Assembly (NCBI GenBank): GCA_012295275.1
Contig: CM022677.1
Coordinates: 27,342,001 to 27,406,000, forward strand
Length of the DNA: 64,000 bases
Reading direction: 5' to 3'
Source of the DNA: Chrysomallon squamiferum
Taxonomy: Eukaryota; Animalia; Mollusca
Part shown: one piece after another, positions 1-44,521 of the stretch
How positions within the stretch are numbered: position 1 is the first letter of the stretch
Layout of the letters: each line of letters begins with the position of its first letter
Position numbers and translations under genes: made by a program
Notes under the pieces: model-generated
The model's input: only the letters and a program-made list of their open reading frames with translations
The model's database searches: none
What the model was told of the DNA's origin: nothing

Positions 1-829
1 ATAAAACACAAAAGAAGCTGTACATTACACACACACACAATTACTCTGCTTTATAAAGTAATGTATATAAAAAATAAATAAATAAATAAATAAATTGAAA
101 ATATCGCGGAAGGAAATTTGATTGTCAATGCGTTTGTAAATGTGTGTTCGTGTCATGTACGTATTATGTTGTTACTATACCGTTGTTGTTGTTGTTGTTG
201 TTGTTTTTTTATTATTCATCATCATCATCATTCTTATTATTACTCTGTACCTGTTTTCAAAATATTATTGTAACGTAGTAAACATTCAAATTCTTCCATA
301 AAAATAATACTAATACTAATAATACTAATAATAAGAATAGTAGTAGTAGTAGTAGTAGAAGAAGTAGTAGTAGTAGTGGTAGTAGTAATAACAAAAGTAT
401 TACTACTAGAAAAAGTAGTAGTAATAGTAGTAATAGCAATAATAATAGATGAAGGAATAGTAAAATAGTAGTATTAGTATTAGTAGTGGTAGTAGTAATA
501 ATAGCAATACTAATAGAAGTAGTAGTAGTAGTAGTAATAGAAGTAGTACAAGTAAAAATATCAGTAGTAGTAGTAATAGAAGTAGTACAAGTAGAAATAG
601 TAGTAGTAGTTATAGTAACTGATAAAGAAAAGACGTGTTTGCTGAAATAAATATTTTATTTCACTTTACACAGCGAACAGATCTTTAAAATTAAAAATAT
701 GACGTCATTGAAAAACGAAGAAAAAAGAAACTGGTTTCCATGGAGAATACTCGCTCATTTCCATGACGTGTTCTTCCCTAATTTTACTTGTTTCATCCAG
801 TTCAGTTTTCGCGTCTTCGTCATCAGCTC

Positions 830-13847
<13,018 letters not shown>

Positions 13848-14197
13848 GTTTGTCAAGACAAAACTGGCCTGAAATATGAACAGACATTTAAAACAACGAT
13901 ACACATCGATATATATATATATATATATTATATATTAATTTGTTTTATTAAATAAGAAACAAACTAAAAAAGCATAAATAACAAACAACACACACAAAAA
14001 TTTAAGAAATCAGCAAATAAACCAAACCAAAAAAAAAAAATATAATAAACTGTATATATCTACCTGTACGTACGTACGTATGTATGTATGTATGTATGTA
14101 TGTATGTATGTATGTATGTATGTATGTATGTATGTATGTGTACATATATAAATATTTACACTTATTTTCACCTCGGTGAGCGAACATTTCATACATA

Positions 14198-14247
<50 letters not shown>

Positions 14248-14377
14248 TATATTCTAAAGTTAAGTAGAAAGATAAGGATTACCACCACAAAGAAGTTTGC
14301 AAGCGAGAAAAAGAGTAACAAACAGAAAGAATTAACACCAGAATCCGAGAACGAGAAAATAAAATGAAAAAACTTAC

Positions 14378-14560
14378 TTCTGCTTCGAACAGTGACACCT
14401 ATTATGTAGACTTGGACACCTAGTATGTAGACTTGGACACCTAGTATGTAGACTCGAACACCTAGTACGTAGACTCGGACACCTAGTGTGTAGACGCAGA
14501 CACCAAGTGTGTAGACGCAGACACCATGTGTGTAGACAGGTGCATTCGTCTTCGTTCGTT
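14378..14560 (-). other. Probable non-coding first exon of the EGF-ZP gene, containing a 21-bp tandem repeat (x7)
   Basis: Strong donor GAA|gtaagt at 14378/14377. The ATG exon has its own acceptor (tttcag, exon start 13868), so an upstream exon is implied. Repeat unit gacacctagtatgtagacttg spans ~14394-14540. The 5' end is uncertain. Confidence 0.5.
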
Positions 14561-14644
14561 TCAAATGATTAAGTATTCCTGATTTCTATTAATGACGACG
14601 AATCGATAAGTAACCTAATTTTTATTTTCCTTATTTTTTATTTA

Positions 14645-14675
<31 letters not shown>

Positions 14676-15057
14676 TATTATTATTTTATTATTTTTGTTG
14701 TTAAGTAATTATCAAGAGGAACAAGTTCATACGTAAATAGATATCAATAAAAACAAAATTAATAACAATAAATTAATTTATGATGAACGTTTCGTTGGAC
14801 TTTTCGTAATTATATGCATACATTATATATATATGTACCTATTTATGTTTGTGTAAATGGTTATATGTAAATATGGATGGATGAATGTATATTTTTATAT
14901 ATTTATGCATGTATGTATTCATGTATGTTTGTATGTACTTGTGTGTGTGTGTGTGTGTTTCTACGTGTGTATTATATACTCCTAAAAAACAACAATAAAA
15001 CAACAAAAACAAAAATAAGTCGTATTTATGCTAGTAGTTAGTAGTAACAGTACACCA

Positions 15058-15104
<47 letters not shown>

Positions 15105-15842
15105 CATAATAATCATAATAATAATAATAATAATAATAACATCAATAAATGGTTTAAAAGTTATTTCATTATACAGTAATATTCAATCAGAAAGATTTAA
15201 CGTGTTTTCATCCCCTTAATAAAAAGTAATAAAAATTTGTAATAATAATAATTCGTGTATGAAAATTTATATTTTTATGGGGTTTTTTTTTGTTTTTTTT
15301 CATATTTTAATTACGAAGCAATAAACTCGTAAAATGTCAAATAGCCATTTTTACGAAAACATATGAAGATAAATGTTGTTTTTATATCTATATATTTTAT
15401 ATCTATATATTTTCACTTATTTATTCATTTGCTTGACCCTTTCTTTCTTTCTTTCATTCTTTATTTTATTTTTTATTTATTTATTTATTTATTGTTGTTG
15501 TTTGCTTGTTTTTAAAAAAATTATTTTCTTATTTATTTTTGTTCATCTATTTATTTGTTTATTTTTCTGCCCTCAAATTAACAATCTTGCGAATATTAGA
15601 TGCAACACACACACAGACAGACAGACAGACACACACACACACACACACATATATATACTTATGATATTATAATATATGATTTAACAAATAAAATAAAATA
15701 AAATAAAATAAAACTACAACAAGGATAAATATTTATAAATACACGTATAGATACAAAAATACATAAATAAATAAATAAAAGTACGGTAAGAAATTGTAAT
15801 ATTTATTTGTTCTGTAAATATAAAAATAACGTCAACAATCGT

Positions 15843-15912
15843 ATGACGTCACTGACACGGATAGGAACAGGGGCGGAGCTTCTCGCTTTCCAGAATCTAT
15901 TGCATCGTAAGC
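15843..15912 (+). promoter_or_regulatory. Promoter-like island: CRE (TGACGTCA), GC box (GGGGCGGAGC), then a possible donor (c|gtaagc)
   Basis: Motif matches in a CpG-containing island within AT-rich DNA; function is inferred. Confidence 0.35.
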
Positions 15913-16032
15913 TGTTTAATTATTTATTATTTCCTTCCTTCCTTCCTTCCTTCCTTCCTTCCTTCCTTCATTCATTCATTCAGTTCTTCTTATTAATATT
16001 ATTGTTGTCATTGTTACTGTTGCTGTTGCTTC

Positions 16033-16072
<40 letters not shown>

Positions 16073-16481
16073 GTTGTTGTTGTTGTTGTTGTTGTGGTTT
16101 ATACTTTTGTTATATTATTATTGTTGTTGTTTTTATTGTTATTATTGTTGTTTGTTACTACAACTATTAATACTGCTGTTTAATGTCTTTAATGCTTAAG
16201 AAAAATAAAAAATAAAAAATAAAAAAAGAACATGATTAATATTTTTATAAATGTATTATTCTTATTTCATATTATTTGGAATTATTCACATTCAGTGACC
16301 ATATCTCTTATTTTTTTACAATAATTTAGCAGTAAAGGGAGAGCATGAAGGCGACACAGTTATTTCCCTTCCTTTAATAATAATAATGATAAAAACAACG
16401 AAATAAAATGGCAGTTCCGTTTTGTTTTTGTTTTTTCTCTTTCAGCGAATCCGTCTTAATTTTTACTTACACGACCATGTA

Positions 16482-16601
<120 letters not shown>

Positions 16602-17013
16602 AAGAAAGTGTGTGTGTTGAATATATACAAGCATTTTTAAATGTTAACACGTTTTATGAAACAAACTGAAAACAATACATGTATAAATATTTACACTTAT
16701 TTTCACCTCGGTGAGCGAACATTTCATGAAACACATTCACACATATTTAGATTTAATCCATCTATTCATAAAACTGAAAATAAAAAGTGAAAACAGCGAG
16801 CGCTATTTATTTATTATTATTATTTTTTTTTTATCATTTCTTTTCTGTTCTTTTTATCAGCGAAAGCAAACAAAAGCCAAACGACAAAAGCCAAACGACA
16901 AAAGCCAGACTGATGTAGGTCAATGTTTACCTAGCGACTGGTTTTTATTATATATTCTTTAAAAAAAATCAGTTAAAAGAACTTATTTATTTCTTTATTT
17001 ATTATTGTTTTTG

Positions 17014-17072
<59 letters not shown>

Positions 17073-17408
17073 TTTTATTAATATTAATGTTAATATTATT
17101 ATTATTATGTGGACCCGGGTGTTCTTTGTACGGTGTTCTCCAATATACGCCTGCTCACGATAACATAAATTTATCACGGGTCGATAAACTTGCATAACAC
17201 CGGGGTGCGTCTATAAAACCGCGGCGTCATATGTCGCATACGTGAGTAAAGATTACAAAAACAAACAAACAACAAAAAAAACACTTGTGAAACGGTGCGT
17301 TTGTGTTTTCCAGACCAATGGAGACAGATAAAAAAAAAAAAAAAAATAAGAGCTTTAATTCGGCTATACAGTTTCTTTTCTTTCTTTCTTTTTTTTTTTT
17401 GTCTACTG

Positions 17409-17421
17409 GTTGCTAGGCAAC
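17409..17421. promoter_or_regulatory. RFX X-box GTTGCTAGGCAAC in a promoter-like island
   Basis: Palindromic RFX consensus, with CCAAT ~90 bp upstream and TATAAAA at ~17212. Confidence 0.45.
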
Positions 17422-18160
17422 GGCATATCTGACTAGCTTGATTTATACGGGTTACAAAGAAAGAAAGAAAAAAAAAAAAAAAATTAAAAAAATAAAAGAA
17501 CTTGATTTATGCGGAGCGTTCGTTTTCAAAGTTACGAAATTTGTTACGTTTCTCTTGTCTGCAAACCAAGTACGTCACATTTTGTTTTAGTTTCTTTCTT
17601 TTTTTAACTGGTGATTTTTTAAAATTATTATTAGTATTATTTCTTTCTTTTCTTTTCTACGTTTCTTTTTTTTTTTTCTTTTTTCTATTTATTTCATTTT
17701 TCTTCTAACATTATTATGTTCTACGTGCTGTTATTTTGTCAGGATTCTATCGTTTTGTTTGTGTGTCCTCATATTTAAAAATTTAAATAATTAATTTACT
17801 ACTATTTCTACTGTTATTTATTTACTTTCTTTTTTATTTATAAATATCCGTAGCAGTGATTCTGGGATTTATCTACTACTACATTACTGCTACAACAGCT
17901 ACTACTACTGCTTCTACTACTACTACTATTATTATCTTTATTGTTAATATTGCTGTCGTTGTTGTCGTTATTTGCTGATTTAATTCGTTTATCTATTTCC
18001 ATTTTTTTCTTGAAAGATAAGTATTTCTCTATGAAATATACATACGTGTGTGTCTCTGTGTGAATATGGATTAGGGTGATTAATAGATTATCCTGTTGTA
18101 GTCATTTTTGTTATTAATAAATCTGGGTTACTTTTAGGAGTAAATATTAGTGTCAGCATT

Positions 18161-22423
<4,263 letters not shown>

Positions 22424-22587
22424 TTTTCTCAAATTTCAAAAAAAAAAAATAAAATAAAATAAAATAAAATAAAATTACTATATTACTACTCTTTGCAGAC
22501 GATTTCATTTTGTAAAAACTGATCACGTAACATTTTGATAATCGTTTCACTTAACATTATCAAAGTTGAGAAATGTCAGTATATATA

Positions 22588-22620
<33 letters not shown>

Positions 22621-23276
22621 ATAAATGTATAATATTTTATATATGGGTATGTGTGTTTCAAACTACAATCATCTAAAATGTATGTAACACCTATGTGCTA
22701 AGAAGAAGCTGTAACACGCACTAAGTAACACAGCTGTGACAAATTCCTCTTTCGACAAATTACGTCATATAAAAATGCGCATCATTCTTACTCTCATAGA
22801 AATCCAACGGGCTTGCAGTTCCAGTACATTTACTAACATTTATAAAGAATCCTTCTACTAAAGATACGCTCTTAAAACCACGTATTTCACACCCACATAA
22901 TAAAAAGTAAGTATGCAGTCGATTGAAAGATCATTTTAGCGACTGTTAGCTATTAAACTATAGACAGCATTTTTTTTTTTTTTTTTTTTTTTTTTGCAGC
23001 GTTGCAAAGTTGTTATTAAATATACTGTTCAGGTGTTGACAGCGTGCGTTTGTCCCATTTTGTTTATCCTCCCCTAATATTGATGTTCCTGTGTTAAGTG
23101 GTTAGACTGTGCGTTTGAAAAATGTGTTTTAGGCAACTATTGATAATCCTGTCGTACGTGAATTTGTTATTTGCAATCTTTCAGTGTTCTTTTCAAATTT
23201 ATATTATAAATAAATATTAAGTATCGACATAGATGAATGTGTTTCGCTGGAAATCATTAACAAATGGGGAAAATAC

Positions 23277-23311
<35 letters not shown>

Positions 23312-24698
23312 TAATAATAATGTTAGTTTGATTCAAATTTGGTACTGTTCATCGCCATATTTATAAAGGGCTATTAATATTCAACAGCGTGGTTAAGATG
23401 AATGTAACAAAGGAGGAATTTAAGACAAACGAAAAGTAATTTATAAATAGACATCATGTGTTGTATAGGTAGGCGATCTGCTTAATGTTCGGTCTCATAA
23501 CTAGTAAAGAAAATATTCTGGAAGTTTCACCACTACATGAAACAGAACTGCTTCAGTTTTACTTCATGTGCTTACTTTTAACTAAAGGTAAGTTAGAAAT
23601 TTCTAAAGATTAAACAGTTATCCAGTTACTGATTTCGAATTTTCCATCTTCGACCGAGATGTATTTTCGTGCGTGACACCACAACAGCGGTTGCCATATG
23701 CAAACGAGGTTATTATGTGTTAGGTGTTTAAATTTCAGTAATCCGAGTCGGTATCAATGAAATAAGTTTATATTTATCTAGGATTTAAAAACCAAATTAA
23801 TTTGAAAAAATTAGCGATTCAATGAAAGTAGGCAGATTTAATTTAATAAGCAGATATTTAGCCTGTCGACAGTGTCTGGGTAATGGCTACATTTACCTAT
23901 CAAAAATTAATTTATCGTCTAATAAAATAAAGTTTTCTTAACTATTATGACAGATTTAAAACATAGTTTATTTTCTGACTACTAATAGGTATTATTTTAT
24001 AAATAAATAAATTTATTAATTTTCATAAAAAAAAAATAATACTTGAAAACCTTAATAATTTTAAGTTGTATATTATTAGTATGTTCATTGTCCAAAACAT
24101 GTATAAATGGACATTTTCATGTTGTTTTTTTTATTTTGCTTTTGCTTTTTTATATTGATACCTTTTAAAATGTAGAATTTTTATTTATAATTATTAACAT
24201 CTTGTAATAATTTTCTTGTTACGAAATAATGCGTACTACTGCTATTGTTTAGTAAACAAAGTACGTAGAAAACAGAAAAACGTGAATACATTTTGTTAAA
24301 ATTAATTAATTTAAAAAAAAGTTCTGCTACATTTATCACTTGCAGTTAGTCACATAAAATTTATTTATTACTGTTTCTGTTTTTATTGTTATTTTATTCT
24401 TGTAATTTTATTTATTTATTTATTTATTTATTTATTTTATTATTATTATTATTTGATTTTGTTTCAGCCATAAAAAATGTAATTTTAGAAACATAATCTG
24501 TCTTATTTTTGTGGATATATTTTTATAATATTAATAAAATAAATAAAGAAAAACAAAGAAAAGAAAAAAAAAAAAAATTAAAAAAAAGTAACCCACCTCT
24601 ATCTGTCACTATTCAGAGCTAATAAAAGCTGGTAATGCTAATTATTATTTTAAAAATAAATAAATAATTACAAAAAATAAATAGAAAAAAGAAAGAAC

Positions 24699-24729
<31 letters not shown>

Positions 24730-27334
24730 AAATAAAAAAATAGAAAATAACTATTACAAGATTAAATGTATTATGGATAAACACAAGATAAGATTTCATT
24801 TTTTCTTTTTACTTTTTTAAAATAATTTTTATTTATTTATTTATTTGTTTATTTTTTTTAAATGTTTAAAAAAAAAATTGAGCTCATAAAATATATGAAA
24901 CAGTTATGTCTTGTTTCTTTTTAAATTTTTATTTTATTTTATTTTATTTTTTTTTTTGCTGTTGCTGTTCAGTCTGACAAAACAAAACTCTTTAAAAACA
25001 ATTGTGTTGGATAATGTTAACCATTATTTTTCTAAAATAAATATCTAAATAAAAATAAATAAATAAATAAATTAAGTAAAATACTGTCAGCTGTACGAAG
25101 AAATATATTTTGGATACTGTCAAGGGTATTTGTAATTTTTTAATTTATTTATTTCCAAAGAAAGTATAAGAAACAGTCTAAATGTATTCTGTATACTTCC
25201 AAGTTTTGTGTTTTTGCTGTCCAACCTTAATTAATAACAAAATATAAGAAATAGTCTGAATAAATTCTGAATACTTCCAAGTTTTGTGTTTTTGCTGTCC
25301 AACCTTAATTAATAACAAAATATAAGATATAGTATAAATATATTCTGCAATACTTGTTTCATTTGTTCACTACAGTTCAGTCTTTAATATAATACAGTTT
25401 TTAAAAAAAACTGTCTGTTATTGTATCAGATCTGTTTGATCTAAACGTGACTGTAGAGCTGCCAGCACAAAAAAAAAGATTAGAAGAGATAAATTTGTTT
25501 AACTGTAATGTTTTCAACAGTTTTATCTTACTGTCAGACGTCTGTTATCAGTGACAACACTGAATAAAACAAAATGGTAACTTTGATACATGAAGAAAGA
25601 TATCAGTCCATTTAGTTCACTGGGTTGGAGTAAACATACACAGCATTTTTTTTTCAAGTGGAATCCAGTGACAGCATTTGTTTGTAAATTTATTCATTAA
25701 CATGAGCAATGTTCTGTTCACTTTTCAGAATATATACATACGCTCCACATGTTCAATGATTTAGTTGTTTGGGGTTTGAGAAAATGTTCAAGTGCAATCC
25801 AAAGACAGTATATAAATATGTGTTCACAGATTTATTGAGCAGCGTTTGTTCACTTTTACAAATGTATATATATATATATATAGGCTGTAAGTGTTCAATA
25901 TTTCATACACGTGCAAAATAAAATCATTTGCTGAAAACGCTCTCTGATTGAAAATCGTTACAAACTTTTGTTGTTCCTGCCATCTGCTTTGTGAGATACA
26001 GTTTAAAATGTTCTGTAACAGTTTTATTTTATTGCCATATTTTTTGAAATAATGTATAAATAATTGTGTAAGGCTGTTTAGTTAAATTTCCGGCAAGCGG
26101 ATGCATAACCTTTAGGTTTGTGTTTGTTAGTCAGTTTATGCTGTCATTGTCAATGGATTTGATTTTCTCCGTTTCATTCTTTCTTTCTTTCTTTCTTTTT
26201 TTATTTATTTATGTTTTATTTGTTTGACTATTTATTTTTATTTATTTGTTTATTTGTTTGTTTGTTTATTTATTTTTATTTATTTATATATTTATTTATT
26301 TGTTTATTTTATATTTATTTATTTAATTATTTAAAATAAGTAGAAGGTTTTTAGCCGTTTGAAAGCCTTTTTTAAAACCTGTCACTTTTATTTATTTATT
26401 TACTTATATTTTATTTGATTTTTATTTTTATTTATTTTTTAAACTTTTGTTTATTTATTAATTTTGTTTTGTTTTGTTTGTTTATTTATATTTTATTTGT
26501 TTATTTGTTTATAATTATTTACTTATTTATATTCTATTTATTTATTTGTGGTTATTGTATTTCTGTTACTATTATTATTAATAATATTATTATTATTAAT
26601 AGTAGTAGTAGTAGTAATAGTTGTAGATGTAATAGTAGTAGCAGTAGTTGTCGTTATAGTAGTAGTGATAGTAGTTGTAGCAGTAGTTGTTGCAGTTATA
26701 GTAGTAGTAGTTGATGAAGTAATAGTAGTAGTGGTGGTAGTTGCCATCATCATTATTTGTTATTATTTTTGTATTTATATTTTAATTACAAGAACCATTG
26801 TTAATATTTTGTATTACATGTTTTTTAATATCAAAAACAATTATTAACACCCTGCATCTTATATTTTGACAAAATCAGAAAAACCCAGTCACTGTCAGAA
26901 ACTGGACAAAGCTATACAGTTTTTATGACAATGGGACTCCTTTTTATGTGTTTGCATATAACACACACATAGGTATCTATATCTATAAATGTGTATATAG
27001 AGAAAGAGAGATACATTACACAAACACAAACAGAGGGTCAAAATGCTTTGACTGTAGGTGTTGAATGTATTCAACTAAAGTGAGTGATATCTTCAGTCAT
27101 TTGAAAGCCTTTTCAAAACCTGTCCCTTTTATGTGTCATAAATGTTATCGCATTTGACAACAAGCTCGGAAAGCTTTTTCTACTTCTTTTGTAAGCAAAA
27201 TATCTTTACACACTGTTAATTTTATGTTTCTCATTTCTAAATTTTATTGTCTTTTTTTTATTTTTATTATTTTTAATTTTTTTTAATTTTTAATTTTTTT
27301 TTTTTTTTTTTTTTTCTTTCTTATCCGATGTGAC

Positions 27335-27368
<34 letters not shown>

Positions 27369-27740
27369 TATTATAGTATAAATAAAATAAAATGAAAAAC
27401 AAACACACATACACATATGTATATATATATATATATATACAGAGATACATATATTATTGAATTGGACTGCGGGATAGAGGAAATTTGAATTGCAAATTAA
27501 TGTTATCGTGGTAATCTGTTCCCTTTGTCATTTTGACTGAGATACAAATCAGTAGTTCTATTCAGAAATTTCTGTTGTACACATTTGTATATAACGTAAC
27601 TATTTGTCTAACTGAACAGTGCAGAAATTTCCCAAAATCTTAAGTATTTTTTTACATTGTGATGTGTTATAGAATTACAAGTATCTTATAGGCTTAATAT
27701 TTTTAGATAAATTGATAGTATATGTATGTATATATGTATT

Positions 27741-27794
<54 letters not shown>

Positions 27795-28452
27795 TGTATG
27801 TGTGTGTGTGTGTGTGTGTGTGTGGTAATCAAACTGGAGTTGAGAGTTGTAAAATGTAATTTAAAAGTATCCTGTATTTTATGAATAAATCTCTGTAATA
27901 AATAATGATACTGATACATATATACAAGTATTATTATAAGAATTTGTTAAAATATCATTTATTGTAGACATATTTTGTAAACATACCTGGTACGAGTATA
28001 ATAAAAAATATAATGTTAAAAAGTATCAAAAACATTTTTAGAATTATCACGATGAAACATGACGAATTTATGTCGAATGTATGAAAAATGATCAATTTAA
28101 TGTTGAATACATCAAACTAAATTATATCAAAAGTACCTGAAGAAGTTATGTTAAAAATATCAAAAAAATGTGTTGAGAGTGTCACATTAACAAATATACA
28201 ACCAACGTAGGACAAAAAAAGTTGAATTAAAAATGATACAAAAAATATACGTACAAGTTTCATGAACATTATGGTAACTGTCACAAAAATTTACATTTAA
28301 AGTACATTGCAAAAATTTAGTGTTAAAAGGATCCACAAGATTTTTGTGAAAACTAATTTTTTTGGCACTTGATTTTATATTTCACGTATATCAAAGTATT
28401 CACAAAACACTATAATTTAAAAAAATTATTTTTCAGGGTTTCAAAATTTTCA

Positions 28453-28484
28453 GTTACCATGGCAACCATTTCGTATTGACCAAT
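28453..28484. promoter_or_regulatory. RFX X-box GTTACCATGGCAAC followed by CCAAT, ~110 bp upstream of the C1GALT1 ATG
   Basis: Exact match to the GTTNCCATGGNAAC consensus at 28453-28466; CCAAT at 28480-28484. Confidence 0.5.
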
Positions 28485-28578
28485 CGGCACACAAGCTACG
28501 ACCTTCCTGTTCTGTTCTAACCAGGGACAGATAACTCACAACCAACCACCTGTAACAAAGGGAAGACAACTGTGCAGC

Positions 28579-39595
<11,017 letters not shown>

Positions 39596-39827
39596 CACAC
39601 AAATAGGTTTTGTATTGTTTTATGTTGTTGTTGTTGTTGTTGTTGTTGTTGTCATCATCATTATCGTTATTACTATTGCTGTTGTTATTATTATTATTGC
39701 TATTATTATTTATGATCATCATTATTATTATCATTATTTTAAATATTTGTTATTATAAATATTCTTCTTCTTATTATTATTGTCATCATTATTATTATTA
39801 GTAGTAGTAGTATTATCATTATTATTT

Positions 39828-39868
<41 letters not shown>

Positions 39869-39919
39869 TTATTATTATTATTATTAGTAGTAGTAGTAGT
39901 AGTATTATCATCATTATTA

Positions 39920-39971
<52 letters not shown>

Positions 39972-40941
39972 GAATATAGAAACAGTTACACTTGGGGTTA
40001 TTCTGTGCTTTTTTCTGTTCTCATTAATTCATATATATATATATATATGAACACATACATACATACATACATACAGAGAGAGAGAGAGACAGACTACATG
40101 AAAGTTTATGTACAGTAAAGGGAGATAACAATAAATGTAGTGTTGTCTTTCTTGAGTAACTCCATCTAGGTAGCAATAGATTCTGACGTTTTTTATATTT
40201 TATATATATATATTTTTAAATTATCATTATTACTATTATTATTATTGTGTTGTTGTTGTTGCTACTGTCATTACAACAACTACTGCTACTCCTGCCTGTA
40301 AGTTGTATGTTTTAAATAGATAATGTGACTACTGCAAATTTTTTTTTTTCTTCTTTTCTTTTCTTTTCTTTTCTTTTCTTTTCTTTTCTTTTCTTTTCTT
40401 TTTTTTATACTTTTTTTCTTTTTTTTTAACATTAACTGTTGTGTGTTTATTAAACATTTTTTTTTAAATTTCATTTTTTTTTTTTTTTTTTTTTTTTTTT
40501 ACAGGACTTATTACTCAATACACTGGGACCAGTCTTACACCACCGCGACCTGTGACCTGTGATAACGACGAGAAGAAAGGTCAAAGTTCATGTGTTCTTT
40601 CTCGCTCATCTCATTAACATAATTTATGCAATCTTCGACAACATTTCATGTACATATCACAACGTAAAGAGTTAAAGCTGTTCCGTTCCATTCCATTTTA
40701 GTTTTTGAGTTTAAAATCCCAGTGATGAAAAAAAAAAAAAAAAAAAAATAATAATGTGTGTGTGTGTGTGTTTGTGGGAGGGAGGGAAGGTGAGAGAGGG
40801 GGATAGAGGGGAAGGGAGGGAGGGAGAGCGAATGAGACTTTCAAGTGATTTAAATTTGACCATTTTTTTTTTTCAAATTTGTTGCTTTGTCACTCGTATT
40901 TCTAATCAGTGTTAATATTTTTATCTTATTTTTGTATAATG

Positions 40942-40972
<31 letters not shown>

Positions 40973-41842
40973 TCATGAGTAAAATTCAAATTTTTATGGT
41001 TCCAAATTGAAAACACAAATGTGAATATTTGTATAAACTGTTAGAACAGTGACACACAAGTAGACTGATGTGTAACCACAATCATATTATATTTTTTCAC
41101 TCCTTTTATTATTAAATATATATGTGTGTATGTATGTATGTCTGTAGCTCTAACTGTATTATATATATATACACACATACATACATGTATGTACTATGTA
41201 TGTATGTATGTGTGTGTGTGGGAGATCAGTCATGTGTTAGTGTGTACATCTTAGATACATATTTGTGTATTTGTATTTATTTGTCATTGTGCCTGTTTGT
41301 GTTTGTGGATAAGCAAATATATATATATATTATATATATGTGCAGATATACGTGCCAGAATATAAAATGAACCACATGTATTAAAAACCATCATTTACAT
41401 TCATTTTTCCTACATGAAAATATGTTTAACTCCATGTTAAATAAAGATATTATTTATGTTTTGCTATAGAATTAAACTGACCTATAGTAAACACTATAAA
41501 TGAATGTTAATAACAACAACTACAACATCTATTAGTACTGGCATTACTGTTACTGCAACTAACTACTACTACGACTACTACTACTACTATTACAACAAAA
41601 ACTGTTACTGATATTACTATTACTACAACTGCTAGTACAACAGCAGCAACAATTATTAACACTACTACTACAATACTACCACAACAACAACAACTACTAC
41701 TACCACTACAACTGTAAGAATTAATTTACTGTTACAGTTAGTGGTAACATAATACAAATAATTTACTTCTTCAACAACCACTGCAACTACTACAACTGTA
41801 AACACCACCAACAACAACAACAACTACTACTGCTATATATAG

Positions 41843-42272
41843 TAATTTAACATGGTATCATTATAATATTAAGAAATTGACTATTATTATGTTGTCATAG
41901 AAACCATAGTTTTGCTAGTCTCAAATTATCTACTACAGCACTACTACCACTGTAAATAAGTAATTTACTACTTCTACTACTACTACTACTACTACTAATG
42001 TTACTTTCAAATTATTTAACATGGTATCATTATAATATTAAGTAATTGACTATTATTATGTTGTCATAGAAACCAGCTTTGCTAGTCTCAAATTATCAAT
42101 TACAGCATTAAGTTATGGAAATAACCAGTCATTTGTTTTTATATTTTAAAATTTTATAAATATTTATTAGTAAGATTATTTCGAGTTATCTATTACAGTA
42201 TTAAGTTATGGAAATAACCAGTCATTTGTTTTTATATTTTAAAATTTTATAAATATTTATTAGTAAGATTAT
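41843..42272 (+). repeat. Two adjacent short direct duplications of ~80-90 bp
   Basis: atttaacatggtatc..ctagtctcaaattatc occurs twice; ttaagttatggaaataaccagtc..gtaagattatt occurs twice. Confidence 0.8.
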
Positions 42273-42577
42273 TTTTCAGATTTCTATTATTTTAAACACA
42301 GATATTTATATGTAACATATTTACTTGTGTAAATATATTACGATTGATGTAGTCAATTTTTTTTATGTTCTTCTTTCTTCTTCTTTTCTTTTTTCTGTTG
42401 TTTAAGTAATCGAATGATATGTATTCTTTCAAACCACGTCTTTAAAAATCTTTTTTTCCATTCTTGTTTTTATTTACAAACACACAGATGAAAAATACAG
42501 TTTCAGAAAGAAAATACAAATATCTGAATAAAACCCATTTTGAAGCATGTGTAATTTGTTTTATTTTTAATTTTTAA

Positions 42578-42611
<34 letters not shown>

Positions 42612-43160
42612 AATATTATTATTATTATTATTTTATTACTATTTTTTATTATTATTTATTATTATTACTAATTATTATTATTATTAATGTTATTTATATA
42701 TTTACATATTATTTATATTATTTATTTTTAACATTTATTTTTTATTTACATTTATGTTTCTTTATATTTCTTAAATTATATAATTTTTTATTTTTCTATT
42801 TCTCTGAATAAATTATAATTCTTGTTTCTAATTCCTTTCATTCTGTTCATTCTATTTATTTTTACATAACCAATGAAACCGTCATATATATATATATATA
42901 TAGATAGATAGATAGATATATACAAGAATAATATCATGATCACATACTGTGTTATATAATAATTATTATAAAAAATATCATTATCTTGTACTAGATCAAC
43001 AACTGTAAAAAAAACAAAAATTCAGTCAATTGCTATGGCAACAAGTAATATATTTCAATTTATTTTATTTTATTTTATTCATATATTAGTATTATTTTTA
43101 TTTACTTATTTACTATTTTTATGTTGTTATTATTATATTTTTATGTTATTATTATTGTTA

Positions 43161-43225
<65 letters not shown>

Positions 43226-43733
43226 AGCAATAGAAAAACAAGTTTGTGTTTGTCCATTTCTGTTTGTTCATATGTTGAGTGGTTTTTTTCTTGTATTTTT
43301 GTTTTTGTATATCTGTGCAACAGTCTGACTAATCTGTCTGTCTGTCTGTGTGTGTGTGTGTCTGATTGTATATATATACAGATACACACACACACACACA
43401 AATATACAGACACGTCAAACACACACACACGACACATATGTACAGACACAGACACACACACACACACACAACAACAGATGTCTGTCTACCTTGTGTGTTG
43501 AGATGAAAACTGCATGATTAATACTGCCAGGGAAATTAAACACATTTATGCAAAAACGTTTCAAGTGCTGTAGATTATTATCAGTCTAACAGCTGTCAAC
43601 CCTTTATCATTAATTTTTACAACACAAGAGCAGGTCAAACCAGCCAATAAAACATCATGAGAATAATCTATACTGCCCTGTTTTTTAATTACTGATAATA
43701 TTATAAATATTATATTATTATTATTATTATTAT

Positions 43734-43774
<41 letters not shown>

Positions 43775-44476
43775 TGATTGTTATTATTATTATTATTATT
43801 ATTACTAATTATTCTTATTATTACTGTTATTATTGTTATTATTAATATTATTATTGTCATTATTATTATTAATATTATATACTGTTATTATAATTGGTAT
43901 TATATTTTTTACTATTATTAGTAGTAGTAGTATTTTTAGTAGTAGAATTAGTACTGGTATATTACTGTTATTATTATGTTCATCATTATTATTATGTTCA
44001 TCATTATTATTATCATTATCATCATCATTTTATAATGTATTGTTGTTATTGATCATTACTAATATTATTATTATTACTGGTATATGCTTACAGCCATTTC
44101 ACTTGTCAAATGTGAACCTAGATAGGGCCCCTATTTATTATTACTATTTATTATTTATATTTTTATCATTATTGATGTTTATAGATTTTTGTTTCTATTT
44201 TATTATTTTTTTGTTTTATTCTGAAATGTGTATTTTTTTCCATTCATGATGTCTGATCGTTATGTGAAAAAAAAAGTTAAAATACTAGTCAATTCAGAAA
44301 AAAAAAAAACCCACCAATTATTTGACAAATATAACCACTTTTAGAAATGTAACAATTTTTATGTATTAAATACAGTTTTCTTGTCCACTTTTCATTGTTT
44401 TAACTATATTCATGTTCAAAAAAAAAAAAAAAATGCTTTAGAAATATAGTAATGTGATTCTGTTTAATAAATTGTT

Positions 44477-44521
<45 letters not shown>

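Noticed and set aside
22450-28400. Possible additional protein-coding gene or snoRNAs in higher-complexity non-repeat DNA
   Set aside because: I found no phase-consistent coding exons or convincing C/D or H/ACA box pairs by eye; an Rfam scan and RNA-seq would be needed.
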